This document shows, one piece after another, positions 15,700-31,804 of a stretch of 64,000 bases of DNA. This stretch comes from Octopus vulgaris (lineage: Eukaryota). The stretch is taken from assembly GCA_951406725.2 (NCBI GenBank), contig OX597824.1:91450001-91514000 (forward strand), in the 5' to 3' direction. A program made the translations under genes and the position numbers. The notes under the pieces are model-generated. The model was given only the letters and a program-made list of their open reading frames with translations, was not told the origin of the DNA and did no database searches. How positions within the stretch are numbered: position 1 is the stretch's first letter; each line of letters begins with the position of its first letter.

Positions 15700-16680
15700 G
15701 GTGCTAGAGACCCTATATAGCTAGAAAACTATTACAAAGTAACCACCATAGGATAACAGAAATACCTACTTCAGAAACAAGGAAGAGTGAGGCAAATAGC
15801 CACAAAACACGAACAAAAAAGAAAACTGCTTTCTGTCTTTAAGGAAGCTGACGAATACAAAACAAGAAGTCATAGTACCTAACAACTATTAAGAAAAAGA
15901 AGAAATAACAGAAACTGTACAACAAGCTGAAATCCAAACTAAAACTGGAACAGCAACGGATCATGATGAAACGATGGCAAGAAAAGCCCCTACATGACAA
16001 ATATCGGGTCAAACTAAACAGAAAAGAAATAGACAAAGCAAAATCCCAGCAATGGCTGAGAAGCTCAGGACTCAAAGCAGAGACTGAAGGATTTTTTAAT
16101 TGCAGCACAAGATCAAAGCCTTCCCACCAGAAATTACCCCCAAAATACGTAATGAAAATAAGTGCAACAAGTAACTGCAGAATATGGGGAGTGGACAAGA
16201 AACAATAAATCATATTATCTCTGGCTACCCAGTCCTGGCAAAGAAAGGATATATTCACAGACACGACAGAGTTGGGACCTACATACACTGGAAGCTATGC
16301 CAACACTATGGAATAACAACAGAAAAAAGATGGTATAGGCACATGCCAGAAAAGGTCACAGAAAACGAGAGAGCAACAATACTTTGGGATATGCCAATAC
16401 ACACAGAGAAATTAAGGCTAAAATGCCAGATATAGTTGTCAGAGATCACCTAGAAAAAAGCTTTCTAATTGATGTATCAATACCAACAGATGATAATGTT
16501 TCTCTAAGAGAAACGGAGAAACAGTCAAAATACAAAGACCTAGATATATAGGTAACACGAATGTGGAGTCTAAAAACAGAAACAATTCCTATCACAGTGG
16601 GGGCATTAGGTATGATAAAAAAATACTCAGACAAATACATAACCAAAACACCAGGACTAGCAAATATATATAACATAAGA
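15700..16680 (+). mobile_element. R4/Dong-clade non-LTR retrotransposon 3' fragment (zinc knuckle plus restriction-like endonuclease), degraded
   Basis: WQEKPLH, LKAETEG, CR...ETINHIISG, YIHRHD, ILWD, PDIVV, LIDVSIP, KYKDL, with frameshifts; begins just after a (TAA)n tract. Confidence 0.8.
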
Positions 16681-17390
16681 AATTACATCCCTCGCCTATA
16701 TTGTGCCATGTAAATTTCGTCGCCAGAGCTCGATATTGTCACTGACGCCCCAGACGGTAGCACTTATATTCCTTCGTCCTAAGTATCATGAAAGATTACA
16801 GGAGGCTGGTACCTGTTATGGGCACAAAAATGTTGTTAGGATTTAGTGTTAGTTTTCTCAAATTCAGATGGTTTTTGTTTGAAAGAGGACAAAGAGCCAT
16901 CTGAGCTCTTTGTGTTATGCCATGACCCACCCGCCAATAAGGACGATCTATAAGAATAGGTGACTGTGGAAGTTTAGCACGATTAACATTCGAACCAAAA
17001 CCCGAATGATTTTAACTGAGATGATATATATATATATATATAGATAGATATTTTAAAGAATATATTTATATTTTAAAAGGTTATTTACGTATATTTATTA
17101 ATTAATTATTTTATTAGTGTAGTTTATTTTTAACGAGTGGCTATATTTAAATCGAAGTGATTTTACTACTACTATTAATTTTTTTACTATAATCATATCT
17201 TAAATATAGCCACGAAACACATGTCGTTATTCTACCAAATATATACGTTTTATTTATTATTTTGCACATTACTTAATCATCGGTATATTATTGTTATTTT
17301 TTATTTAATATTTCTATTATATGTAATTTTCTAGATGGTGTAATTTAATTGTGCATTTTGAATTGATAAAAGGTGTTTTTTTTTCTAATT

Positions 17391-17422
<32 letters not shown>

Positions 17423-17576
17423 AGTGGCTGTGTGGTAAGAAGCTTGCTTCCCAACCACATGGTTCCGGGTTCAGTTCCACTGTGTAAACACCTTGAGCAA
17501 GTGTCTTCTAATATAACCTCGAGCCGACCAAACCCACGCGAGTGGATTTGGTAGATGAAAACTGAATGAAGCCCGT

Positions 17577-17775
<199 letters not shown>

Positions 17776-17997
17776 CTGTCTGTGTGTCTATATATATTAA
17801 AGAAATTTATGAAGCTCCTGTGACAAACCCGGCCACCGCCATCGCGACCCATCCCTCTACATAAAGAGTATTTTTTAAATAATGATTCTAATTATAATCT
17901 TTAAACATGTGATTAAGATTATCTTTGTGAAGTTTGATAGTCTTCTTGTTCACATGGAAAGTTTTAAAAAAACCCTACAAACAAGATATGTATTTCT

Positions 17998-18007
17998 CCA
18001 TATTTGG
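17998..18007. promoter_or_regulatory. CArG box (SRF site) upstream of actin
   Basis: CCATATTTGG fits CC(A/T)6GG, ~570 bp before the ATG. SRF/CArG control of actin genes is established. Confidence 0.65.
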
Positions 18008-18058
18008 ATATGAAAAAATGTCGTTAAAGAAACAAAATAAGCAGACGACGTGCTATTC

Positions 18059-18068
18059 CCATATATGG
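18059..18068. promoter_or_regulatory. Second CArG box upstream of actin
   Basis: CCATATATGG, a perfect palindromic CArG, 61 bp from the first. Confidence 0.68.
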
Positions 18069-18157
18069 TAATAATATACAAATACTTATCGTGATCCCCA
18101 CCCCTACTTAACACCCTCTCCACACATAACCATATAGATGTGTATATTTATGCATCT

Positions 18158-18190
<33 letters not shown>

Positions 18191-18198
18191 CATGTATA

Positions 18199-18254
<56 letters not shown>

Positions 18255-18262
18255 TATACATG

Positions 18263-18308
<46 letters not shown>

Positions 18309-18555
18309 TATATATATATATATACACACAAACACACACACATACATAACCATAGACATGGGGATATCTATACAAATAATAAACATATTTATACATACAC
18401 ACTCTCTGTCTGTCTGTCTGTCTGTCTCTCACCCACATGCACACAAACCCGCGCACGCACACATATATATATTCGTACACGTGCCTGTTAATTGCCATTC
18501 ACTGTTAATTATCCAGTGTTGCAGAACTTACAGTGTTTTAAAAAAAGAGCTTTAA

Positions 18556-19045
<490 letters not shown>

Positions 19046-19100
19046 TTCCAGGAACGCTGCCGTATTCTCTTTTAGAGAGACTTAGTAATCTTAATATTTC

Positions 19101-19155
<55 letters not shown>

Positions 19156-19882
19156 TATATATATAATATGTATTGTTTTTAAAAACAGCTTGATTCTGCC
19201 CCATGAAACTTGAGATTTCGTAGGTTCCTCATAGAAGCTTAGCTTGGTAGGTTCAGGATCCTATGAAAAACTTCAAGATGCATGGGGCCGAACCAAACTG
19301 TATTAAATAATAATATATGTCAGTTCTACTAAATGTGTTGACAGCCTCTTTCTTTCATTTATTCACTCACTCGTATACACCCCCCCACACACGCACACAC
19401 GGGTGTGTATTGGTTAGAACATTGCTCTGTTCCCTCTTTCTTCTCAGATAAACTTCGAAATGTTTCGGCCATGTCTAACACACTATCGCCATCTGACAGA
19501 ATCTTTTAAATCATTCTAACTTCTATTTCGTGGCATCACGAACCATTTATATAGGGAGGTTTTCAGATGTTTCTAGATGTAGGTGGCATGTCTTTGCTTA
19601 GATATCATTCGAAAGTCTTGAGATTTTTTTTTATTTGTTTTAGAATAAAGTTAGAGTCTGGGGGGAGGGGCTGTTGAGAAAAAACGTAATACTGTCGCAA
19701 AGTTATCTGTCATGATCGTGAATTGCGCGAGGGTCGTCTTAGTCTTAGATGAGATCTGAATTTGATGTTACGGTCGTTTTGGACAATGCCGGTGGTAGAT
19801 TCTCTAGATCGTGCAAATGGTGTATTTGAGTGTGAATGTGTGTGGGTGGGTATAGATATACATTTATATCTATATGTATATA

Positions 19883-20131
19883 CAGTAAGCTCTCGACTAT
19901 CGCGGGTGTTACATTACAAAACACACCGCGATAGGTGAAAATCCGTGAAGTTGAAACAGTACTGTACTGTATATATATATATATATATATATATTTGATT
20001 ACTTTTATAACTTGTATACTTACTTTATTATAAATGCTAGACAACGCCTCAGAGGAATCGACGTAAGCTTAAACAATAAACTGCGACAATGAACCACGAT
20101 AGGTGAACCGCGATATAGCGAGAGATTACTG
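19883..20131. mobile_element. Tc1/mariner (Tigger/pogo-like) MITE in the actin intron
   Basis: TA|cagtaagctctcgactatcgcgg ... ccgcgatatagcgagagattactg|TA. Confidence 0.72.
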
Positions 20132-20143
20132 TATAAACACACA

Positions 20144-20195
<52 letters not shown>

Positions 20196-20492
20196 TATAA
20201 TAATAATATGAGGGAATATTATTCCAAACTTATAGGGAAAAATTCAATTTAGAAAAACTAGATCAAATTTTACAAACTATAATATATATATAAATTAGAA
20301 AAACCCCACCTTTTAACCATTCAATAATGAAAATTGAATTATACCATCTAGAAAATTACCTATGATAGAAAGATTAAATATAAGATAAAACACATAACAA
20401 TGATTAAGTAATGTGCAAAATAATAACATTATTGAATTGTTAAAAGGTGTTTTTTTCTAATTTATATATATATGTATATGTATATGTATATG

Positions 20493-20581
<89 letters not shown>

Positions 20582-20659
20582 ATATATATATATATGGGTA
20601 GATAGATAACATATTCGGTAAAGGGGGCGGACATCGTGTCTTCTGGTAATTAGTGTTAT

Positions 20660-21075
20660 AAAAATTCATTCTATTAAGGCGGTTCCAACAATCAAGATTA
20701 GTCATGCCTTTTATCGATTTTAGCGATTGCTCCCTGGCTTGATTCAATTCTTGTAATCTTTTATTTTTTGTTTTTGGTTTGGGGAGACCACAGAGACCGG
20801 CAGTATTTTAGGTGTAGTAGTACGAAAGAATAGAGAAAGGGAATGATGTAATTTGGCTCTCCGGGATCAGAAAGTTCTGAGGGGCCTGGACCTTATGCTG
20901 TTAGCCATATCAGCTTTATTGTTGATGTAAGAGCATCGTTTGACAGTGTGCCGTTTCTGCCCGCCAATTCACTTACAACATGCAAACCAGATAGGAGTTT
21001 TGTTCAGTCTTCTCCGTTTGCGAATATACGTATGGTGCTGTGCTTGATGTTATGTGGGATGTCGGTTATAGAGTT
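20660..21075 (-). mobile_element. CR1/L2-type LINE reverse transcriptase fragment, degraded
   Basis: Minus strand gives ITDIPHNIKHSTIRIFA (lead-in to the FADD motif), [11 protein letters not shown] and [15 protein letters not shown]. Confidence 0.6.
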
Positions 21076-21212
21076 CTTTTCTACTGTAGGAATAAAAGCA
21101 AAACGGATCTAGGTGAAATTTGAACTCAGAATTTACAACTAATTGCCCAGAGATATAACACTAATTACTAGAAGACACGATGTCCGCCCCCTTTACCGAA
21201 TATGTTTTCTAC

Positions 21213-21266
<54 letters not shown>

Positions 21267-21635
21267 TAATAGTAATAATTTGAGGGAATATTATTCCAAA
21301 CTTACAGGGAAAAATTCAATTTAGAAATACTAAATCAAATTTCAAATATAATATATATACAAAATATCAATTCATATATATATATATAAATTAGAAAAAA
21401 CCCCACCTTTTATCAATTCAAAATGAAAAATTAAATTACACCACCTAGAAAATTACATATAATAGAAATATTAAATATAAAATAACAATAATATACCGAT
21501 GATTAAGTAATGTGCAAAATAATAAATAAATAAAACGTATATATTTTTATCTTATATTTAATATTTCTATTATATGTAATTTTCTAGATGGTGTGATTTT
21601 ATTTTTCATTTTGAATTGATAAAAGGTGGGTTTTT

Positions 21636-21700
<65 letters not shown>

Positions 21701-22109
21701 GCACACACACACATGTATGTATGTATAATTTCAATGGAGACAATATCAGCGGAAAACTAGAGAAACATAACCTACTATCCAATAGAATATTCAATATATA
21801 TGTGTACTTTCATTGGATCTCAATAAATCGATATAAAGTTATAGATAATACTGTATTAAAACATACAAGTATATAAACATAAATATTTAATATTTAAATT
21901 TTAAAATCTAAAATCTAAAATCTGTAATATAAAATTTAAAATGTAAATGAAAATAATATTTTAATTAATGAAGTAAATATTAGTAGGTAGTATTTTATGT
22001 CGGTAAGGATTGAATTGGTATGATTTGAACTGGGATAGCGAACTTCAGGTAAGCACTGGAATGGAATTAAAAATACAATAATAATAATAAAAAAATACTT
22101 AATTCTTTA

Positions 22110-22780
22110 CTACCTATTTCTTTACTACCCACAAGGGGCTAAACAGAGAGGGGACAAACAAGGACAGACAAACGGATTAAGTCGATTACATCGATCCCAG
22201 TGCATAACTGGTACTTATTTAATCAACCCCGAAAGGATGAAAGGCAAAGTCGACCTCGGCGGAATTTGAACTCAGAACGTAGCGACAGGAGAAATACCTA
22301 TTTCTTTACTGCCCACAAGGGGCTAAACACAGCGAGGATAAACAAGGACAGACAAACGGATTAAGTCGATTACATCGACTCCAGTGTATAACTAGTGCAG
22401 TGCATAACTGGCAGAAACGGTAGCACGCCGGGCGAAATGCGTAGCCGTATTTCGTCTGCCGTTACGTTCTGAGTTCAAATTCCACCGAGGTCGACTTTGC
22501 CTTTCATCCTTTCGCGGTCGATAAATTAAGTACCAGTTACGCACCGGGATCGATATAATCGACTTAATCCGTTTATCAGTCCTTGTTTGTCTCTTCTGTG
22601 TTTAGCACCTTGTGGGTAGTAAAGAAATAGGTATTTTGTCTGCCGTTACGTTCAGAGTTCAAATTCGGCCTAGTCGACTTTGCCTTTCATCCTTTCGGGG
22701 TAGATAAATAAAGTGCCATTTATGCACTGGGGTCGATGTTTGTCCCCTCTATGTTTACCCCCCTGTGAGCAATAAAGATA
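22110..22780. mobile_element. Two family-2 SINEs head-to-head (actin intron)
   Basis: 22110-22400 on the minus strand and 22405-22780 on the plus strand, both matching 13246-13660. Confidence 0.8.
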
Positions 22781-22960
22781 TATGTAATTTGTTTTTCTTT
22801 TTATACTATTATAAATCTCTCTATATGAAATTTACATAAACTGGTCTATTTTATAAGGGTGGCCTCTAATAAAATTTTTAATGCTTTTATCCTCGAATTA
22901 TATTTGTACGTCTGTGTGTGTGTGCATATATATATACATACATATGTATGTATGTATATA

Positions 22961-23002
<42 letters not shown>

Positions 23003-23003
<1 letters not shown>

Positions 23004-23299
23004 TAGCAGTATCGCCCGGCGTTGCTCGGATTTGTAAGGGAAATAACTATATAAACATTTTTAGAGAGTTATAGCCAAAAAATAGCAAAAAAATGCATTA
23101 AAAATGGAAAACAAAAGATGGTAATTTTTAAAAAAAATTCGTAGACTCATCGTAGACGCGCGCTAATACCCGAAGGGCTCGATATGAATCACGACTATAA
23201 GATACCCGGTTTTGGTTAAACTGCACCGCAAAATGTGGGAGTAGTTAGGAATCTAAATCGTAGGAGACAGACACACAAATTCTCTTTTATATATATAGA
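23003..23299 (-). mobile_element. Non-autonomous Helitron-like element (actin intron)
   Basis: Reverse complement of 2775-3071 with the same termini. Confidence 0.75.
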
Positions 23300-23307
23300 T
23301 ATATATA

Positions 23308-23354
<47 letters not shown>

Positions 23355-23536
23355 ACATACATATGTATGTATGTATGTATATATGCATATATCTGTGTGT
23401 GTGTGTGTGTGTACATGTATGTCTATTATATGCGTTCCTGTAACAGAGCCATTGGGTTATGTGTCAGAGCTTAGACTGTGTTTTAGTGCATCTTTGTGTC
23501 TGTGTTTGTCTCTTTCTCTCTGTCAGTCTCTCTCTA

Positions 23537-23588
<52 letters not shown>

Positions 23589-23676
23589 AACACACACATT
23601 CATATATTCATATGTACATGCGCACATACTTATCTACATATATATTTAAGACTACGTAGCATCAGATGTGTTATTT

Positions 23677-23711
<35 letters not shown>

Positions 23712-23791
23712 ACACACACAAATCTTATTCCTTAATATCTATGAATCAATTACTTAATCTGTCTGTTTGGCGATCTCTATGCATGAATGTA

Positions 23792-23833
<42 letters not shown>

Positions 23834-23962
23834 CGATGTATATACACACATATTTATATATGTGCGTGTGTATGTGCTTGCGTGTGCGCATATATAGATA
23901 TATGTATATATACGTATATACAGGTATATACACATATATATATATACGTAGATATATGCAAA

Positions 23963-24000
<38 letters not shown>

Positions 24001-25127
24001 ATATACACCCACCAACACATGGGAGTGTGAATAATTAACGAGACTTGTTAGCCTCTCGACCTTTGACCTCTGAACCAAATCCTCTTCATGCAAGGCAAAG
24101 ACATGATTATTGGTTCAACGTTCCTCTTTGATAAATTACAATTCTTATTCTTATCTGAACATAACGCTACAAAGTCCGACGTTTCTCACTCGACATCAAC
24201 CCTCTTAGCCACCGCTTCACTGAAAATCTAGGTTCTCTTTCGTTTGATAGCGAAACTGCGCCTGAGCTGATCTCTGATAACATTTGTCTGATCTTATCTG
24301 ATCACTTACGACCAACCCTCAATAAACTGGTCAATAGAGATGTTCTTTTTATATCTCCTTCCTTAGATTTGGCCACCGACATATATAGCTTAATAGCCTA
24401 TTGGTCATTAAGTCTTAGTAGTCTCCAAGCAGTCCTTTCAGATCAATTGTTAAAAGTACATTGTTGGTCACTCCTATAGTAGTTTAGTGAAGCAGGCCTA
24501 TTTGATCTTTTATGATTTTACTCTTTAATTTGTTTCAGTCATTTGACTGCAGCCATGCTGGAGCATCGCCTTTAGTTGAACAAATCGAGACTTATTCTTT
24601 GCAAGCATAGTACTTATTCTTTCGGATTCATTTGCCGAACCGCTAAGTTACAGGGACGCAAACACACCAGCATCGGTTGTCAAGCGATGTTGGGGGGACA
24701 GACACAGACACTCAAACATATATATATATATATATCAATAACAATAAATGGTAAAATTAATTAATTAATTAATTAATTAATAGTTAATAATTTTACCAAG
24801 TAGTTCGGCATGTTAAAAGAACCATTATTGGTAAACTTAAGCAAAAATTTTTATAATTATGAACATAATTATAATTAGGGCTTAGCAAAAATATTTGCTT
24901 CACCACATACCAAAATTTGGGTAAAAAAATACAGGATCAGTTAATTATGATTTTATTCGGTATATTCCCCTCCCAGATTCCTACACTTATTGCAGGGGTC
25001 CTTCAGTTTTACTAAGCCCTGTAAAAGAACTCAGAAATTAGGACCTCCAACCAGGCCTTTCTCGATACCCTTAAAGCCACAAATTTTACAGCACCCCTCG
25101 TATATATATATGTCTAGATATCACTTT

Positions 25128-25472
<345 letters not shown>

Positions 25473-25959
25473 GTGTGTGTCTTTGTCACTGGTGTTTGTC
25501 ACCTTCTCCCCACCGCTTGAAGACCGATGTTGGTGCATTTACGTCCCCGTAGTAAGTACCAGGCTTTGATAAAATAAGTACTGGAGTCGATACATTCGAC
25601 TAAAAACATCTTCTCAAGGCGGTGCCCACGCGTGGCTGCAGTCTAATGATCGACGCATGTAAAACATAAAAGGACCTAAAAGCCATCAAATATGGTAAAT
25701 TCTCTATGTTTCTCGATGCGAAGGCGGTTAGAGAGAGTGAGGAATATTAAAAAAGTTTTGAAATTGGATCTGGAATTTTGATATAAACAGTTTATGTAAA
25801 TTTAGATTTGTAAACTATATTGATAAAAGCACGACAAGAGTCAGGGAGATCGAAGTTCATTAGCCAAGATTACATATTTATCCACTGATTGCCGATATTA
25901 TTAAGATAGCTTAGCAACATCTTATTCATACGAACAACAGGAATTCGCAGGTGCGTACG

Positions 25960-26002
<43 letters not shown>

Positions 26003-26260
26003 TAATTCAGATACATTGATACATGATACATACGTAAGCACACATATATAAAACAGATTCGTTTGTTCCAATCGATCGCGTGTGGGCGTAAATTCTGTGA
26101 ATGATGGAATATATTTCATGATTATAATTTCTGAATTCGTTTATTTTATATACACACAAACGTACGTACATACATACATGTAGATATATACATATATATG
26201 TATATATAGATATATCTATTTATATACATGTATATCTATCTTTATACACACACACACACA

Positions 26261-26326
<66 letters not shown>

Positions 26327-26462
26327 AAGACGTATCCTTGTACACATGGCCATGCATATATACATAAGAAATTCTGTCTTTCGTATGTATCAGTAAATGT
26401 AAAAATTTGTCTCCTTCCCAGTTTCCCTTTCTCGCAGACACAAACACACGCCCACAGTTTAT

Positions 26463-26548
<86 letters not shown>

Positions 26549-27172
26549 CTATCTTTTGCAAGAATATGTACAGATTAATCCAGCACTGTATGTGTGTGTG
26601 TATGTATTTCTATCATAGAGTTAATAGGCAATTTTTTTCCCCGTATCTAATATTTGTAAGAATTTCTGATTTCTTTAACTGAGTTCCATATTCTTCAGGC
26701 AGATTAATGTCGAAGCTGTGAATATTTTAAAGTTAGGAGTTAAATATCCAGGAATCAACTTTGTGGTTATATGCCACAGTCTAGACATATCGAGTTACAT
26801 TGCTTTGGAAATGTTACGAAAGATCCCACCCCCACCATAGATATATGTTTATATGATATATGCTTATGTACATTTATCTGCCTGTCTGTCACGCTGTCTG
26901 TCTGTCTGTCTGTCTGTCTGTCTCGCAGTCTGTCTCGCTGTCTGTCGGTCTGTCGGTCTGTCTCGCTGTCTGTCTGTCTGTCTGTCTCGCTGTCTGTCGG
27001 TCTGTCTCGCTGTCTGTCGGTCTGTCTCGCTGTCTGTCTCGCTGTCTCGCTGTCTGTCTGTCTCACTGTCTCGCTGTCTTTCTATCTATAAACCACCGGA
27101 GAAAACTCATACACTATCTATCTTTGTATAAGTAAAAATCTGTCTGTCTGTCGGTATTTTACTCTCTTTCTC

Positions 27173-27222
<50 letters not shown>

Positions 27223-27635
27223 GAAAACTGCTAGTATGAAATAACAACATTATCACAAATGTCTTAGTCATTATTAGCACAAGCGAAACCGGTCGACTAT
27301 GTAAACATTTTATTTCATTAATAAACATATATATATATAATGTCCAACATAAAATTTCCGTGCATTTTCCTTCTTTTCATATTCTCACTACAGGTGAAAT
27401 AAGCGTTTGAATAACCTGTTCCTTTAACTCACTGTCTATACTTCAGTACTTACTCCAGTCTTTCCATTCCATTAGTTCTCTCACTAAAATACAACGCATC
27501 GTTTATTTCATGTCTCAATGTCTGCTTCTGTCTTTTACATTATTGTATTTCTGTATCTCTTCGTCTGTTCTTATTTTAAATCATATTGTTCGAATATTTA
27601 ACCTAATTTTCTTTTCTCTGTTTCTTTTTTGCTAG

Positions 27636-28640
<1,005 letters not shown>

Positions 28641-29334
28641 GCAACTGCTATAGCGAGACGAGAACAGAAGAACTGAGAAGAGAACAGAAGAAATGAGAAG
28701 AGCTGTCGAAACAGCTGTAGGAGAAAATAGCTGCAACTAATATCAACAACAGTAATATCTCGAACAATGCACAATGCAATATGCAGAAACAATAGCAACA
28801 TCAACTGCAGCAACAGCAACAAGAATAATAACGAAAAACAGAGACAATGCTGAACAGATTGAGAATGCAAAAACAGCAACAACAAAAATAACAATTACAG
28901 CAACATTAATATGCGCGGAAACGCTTTATGAATATCATTAATAACAGAATTACCAAAACGAATTTTATTAATTGCAATTAAAAAAAAAAGTTGTAACATT
29001 AACTCTCTCACACACAGACACACAGACACGCACACACTCACAGAACTATGCGTTGAGAAATGTAAATGAGAAATATTGTACTCAGTGGTCGTAGTAGAGT
29101 TTTTATTTTTATAGAAAAAATGAGAAAACAAAAAACAGCCGATGCCTCACGGCATAAGAAATTGATTTTTACAGGTGAGGTGTTCTTTGAGGTTGTCAGA
29201 AGGCGAATCACCTTTTTATGTACAACCTAATCGAACATCTCACGAGTGGAATCGAAGTCTGAGTATCTAGTGAGTGAATCTTCGAGTTTGTTAATAAATT
29301 TTGTTTATCATATTGAAACTGAATCTAGGTACAC

Positions 29335-29386
29335 AATCTGAAGTGCAGGTTTCGTTCTTATGGTTGACTATACTCATCAGCAGATC
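29335..29386 (-). ncRNA. Hammerhead-like motif in the arm of a fold-back repeat
   Basis: Minus strand reads gatctg CTGATGA gt..ac GAAA cctgcac TT cagatt. Stem I pairs; stems II and III are weak. Confidence 0.55.
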
Positions 29387-29591
29387 GAGCAAAGTTTGTG
29401 CTTCCTCTCGGTCTGTTTGTGAATAGAATCTATTACAATGTATGTGTTCATATGTATGTTCAGGGGCACAAACTGGACTTATAGGTATTGGTTCCATGAT
29501 ACTAGACTGTATTCACAAACAGACCGAGAGGAAGCACAAACTTTACTCGATCTGTTGATGAGTATAGTCAACCATAAGAACGAAACCTGCA

Positions 29592-29594
<3 letters not shown>
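29341..29594. repeat. Inverted repeat, 92-bp arms, 70-nt spacer
   Basis: 29341-29432 vs 29503-29594 with few mismatches. The ORF track shows the same peptide on opposite strands. Confidence 0.93.
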
Positions 29595-29673
<79 letters not shown>

Positions 29674-29892
29674 AGTTGTTTATTTTTATGTGTGTAGTTA
29701 TATGTAAACAACAATTTATTAATACTAAATCGAAGGATGTGTTTTTTAGTAGAGTACATATAAATTTCTATGAGGAAAATGTTTGACAGTAACTTCGAAG
29801 TTCCGGCATACAGTCTAATGATAGCTGGCAAGCTCAAACTTCGACACCACTGCTACCCTCTTCCTTGTTAAAATCGTAAATATATTATGTGA

Positions 29893-29949
<57 letters not shown>

Positions 29950-30361
29950 TGCATATAAACTTGTATACTCTTGAAAATATACATACTGAGAGAGATGAAC
30001 AGATAGACACACAAACGCATATATGTTGATACAGATACCAATAAAAAATTTGTTATAATTTTTGTATTTCTCCTTTTTCACTGCAAAATGTTGTTTAATA
30101 GTTTTCTGCAAACTTTTCCGGTATTTTTTTTTAATCTTTGAAAGATCGATAAACCAGCTATCGACCCCTATTTCACAGCTTCATCATGGTCACACGATCC
30201 ATTATACTCAGTAGGTAAATATTTCGTTTCGAAAAAAAAGGAGACATTTGTATAATGTAATATAATGAAAAGAGGGTTGGATGCTGACTTGAATGCCTTT
30301 CTTCATAGGTCTACCCAGCCCAGGCTGACCTCGGGCAAGGCAAGAACATGGCTATAACAGA

Positions 30362-30425
<64 letters not shown>

Positions 30426-30745
30426 GAGTGAGAGAGCAGTGCATGCCATCAAAGTGACACTGGGGTAAAATAACGATGCCCAGTATACCCATCATGACTA
30501 CCCGTCTGATAAGGGTACACTAGGCGCATGCATCACATCCATATGTGCATGACATGGTGATCTCATATCGAGATAAACAGCCACCAAGGGACATGCTCAA
30601 CTGGTTAAGGTCAAACAACTGACAAGCAAATCTGTGGTATTGAGCAGAATATTTTCTGTAGCCCATCTTTTATACCAAGACAAAACAACGTATATGATAA
30701 CACTTCCAATCAGTTAAGATCAGAAGCCATGAGAGCCACTGTCTG

Positions 30746-30807
<62 letters not shown>

Positions 30808-31059
30808 GTTATTATTACTAAAATTTGATATTATTATTAAGGCGGCGAGGTGGCGGAATCGTTACCGCGCCGAGCAAAATGCTGAGCGGCATTTCGTCCG
30901 CATTTCCGTTCCGAGTCAAAATGCCACCGATGTCGATCGATAAAATAAATACCAGTTGAACACCGAGGTCGCTGTAGTCGACTAGTCTCTACCCGCACCC
31001 ACCAAATTTCAGACCTGGTTCCTGTAGTAGGAAAGATTATTATTATCATCTCCATCCTT

Positions 31060-31445
31060 TTCGCTTTCCTAGATTATCTCTCACACCTCAGCTCCTTCCT
31101 GCAGCTTAGAGACGTAACGCTTTCCTCAACACACGAGCTATTCCGGGGATTTCTGCCAACTGCGTAACTCCTATGGAGTTTGGTATTTGCGGCTTTTGAT
31201 ACCAGAACATCAATTTCTTTGAGATGGTCCCAGGTGCATCCAATTACGACAGGTATCACGTTCACCTTTGAGGCTCCATGGATGCGTTTCACTTCCAATG
31301 CTAGTTCCTGGTTCTTTTCGACTTTCTCGTTCTCTGGTCTGCAGGATTAGCTATTCCGTTGAAGGTTCATTTTTTGGATTCCTGGTCGGTTATGTTACAG
31401 CTTATCTGTGTAGACTAGTATATCCCACACGAGTAAGTTTCACCT
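31060..31445 (-). mobile_element. Restriction-like-endonuclease LINE 3' fragment (R4-like)
   Basis: Minus ORF EVKRIHGASKVNVIPVVIG, with upstream LVWD-like and EKVEKNQELALE-like motifs. Confidence 0.55.
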
Positions 31446-31562
31446 GATCATTCTCGACCACTGATAGGAGTTGGTGCTCGTACCTCTTGATTGGATATTC
31501 TAGCCAATACTTTCTGCACAATTCCCGTCACCACCACCAGCACCACCAGCACCACCACCAGC

Positions 31563-31593
<31 letters not shown>

Positions 31594-31598
31594 CCACC

Positions 31599-31629
<31 letters not shown>

Positions 31630-31804
31630 CCACCACCACCACCGCCATCAACACCACCATCACCACCACAATCAGTGGAGGTGCAATGGCCCAGTAGTTA
31701 GGGCAGCGGACTCGTGGTCGGAGGATCGCGGTTTCGATTCCCAGACCGGGCGTTGTGTGTGCTTCTTGAGCGAAAACTCCTAAAGCTCCACGAGGCTCCG
31801 GCAG

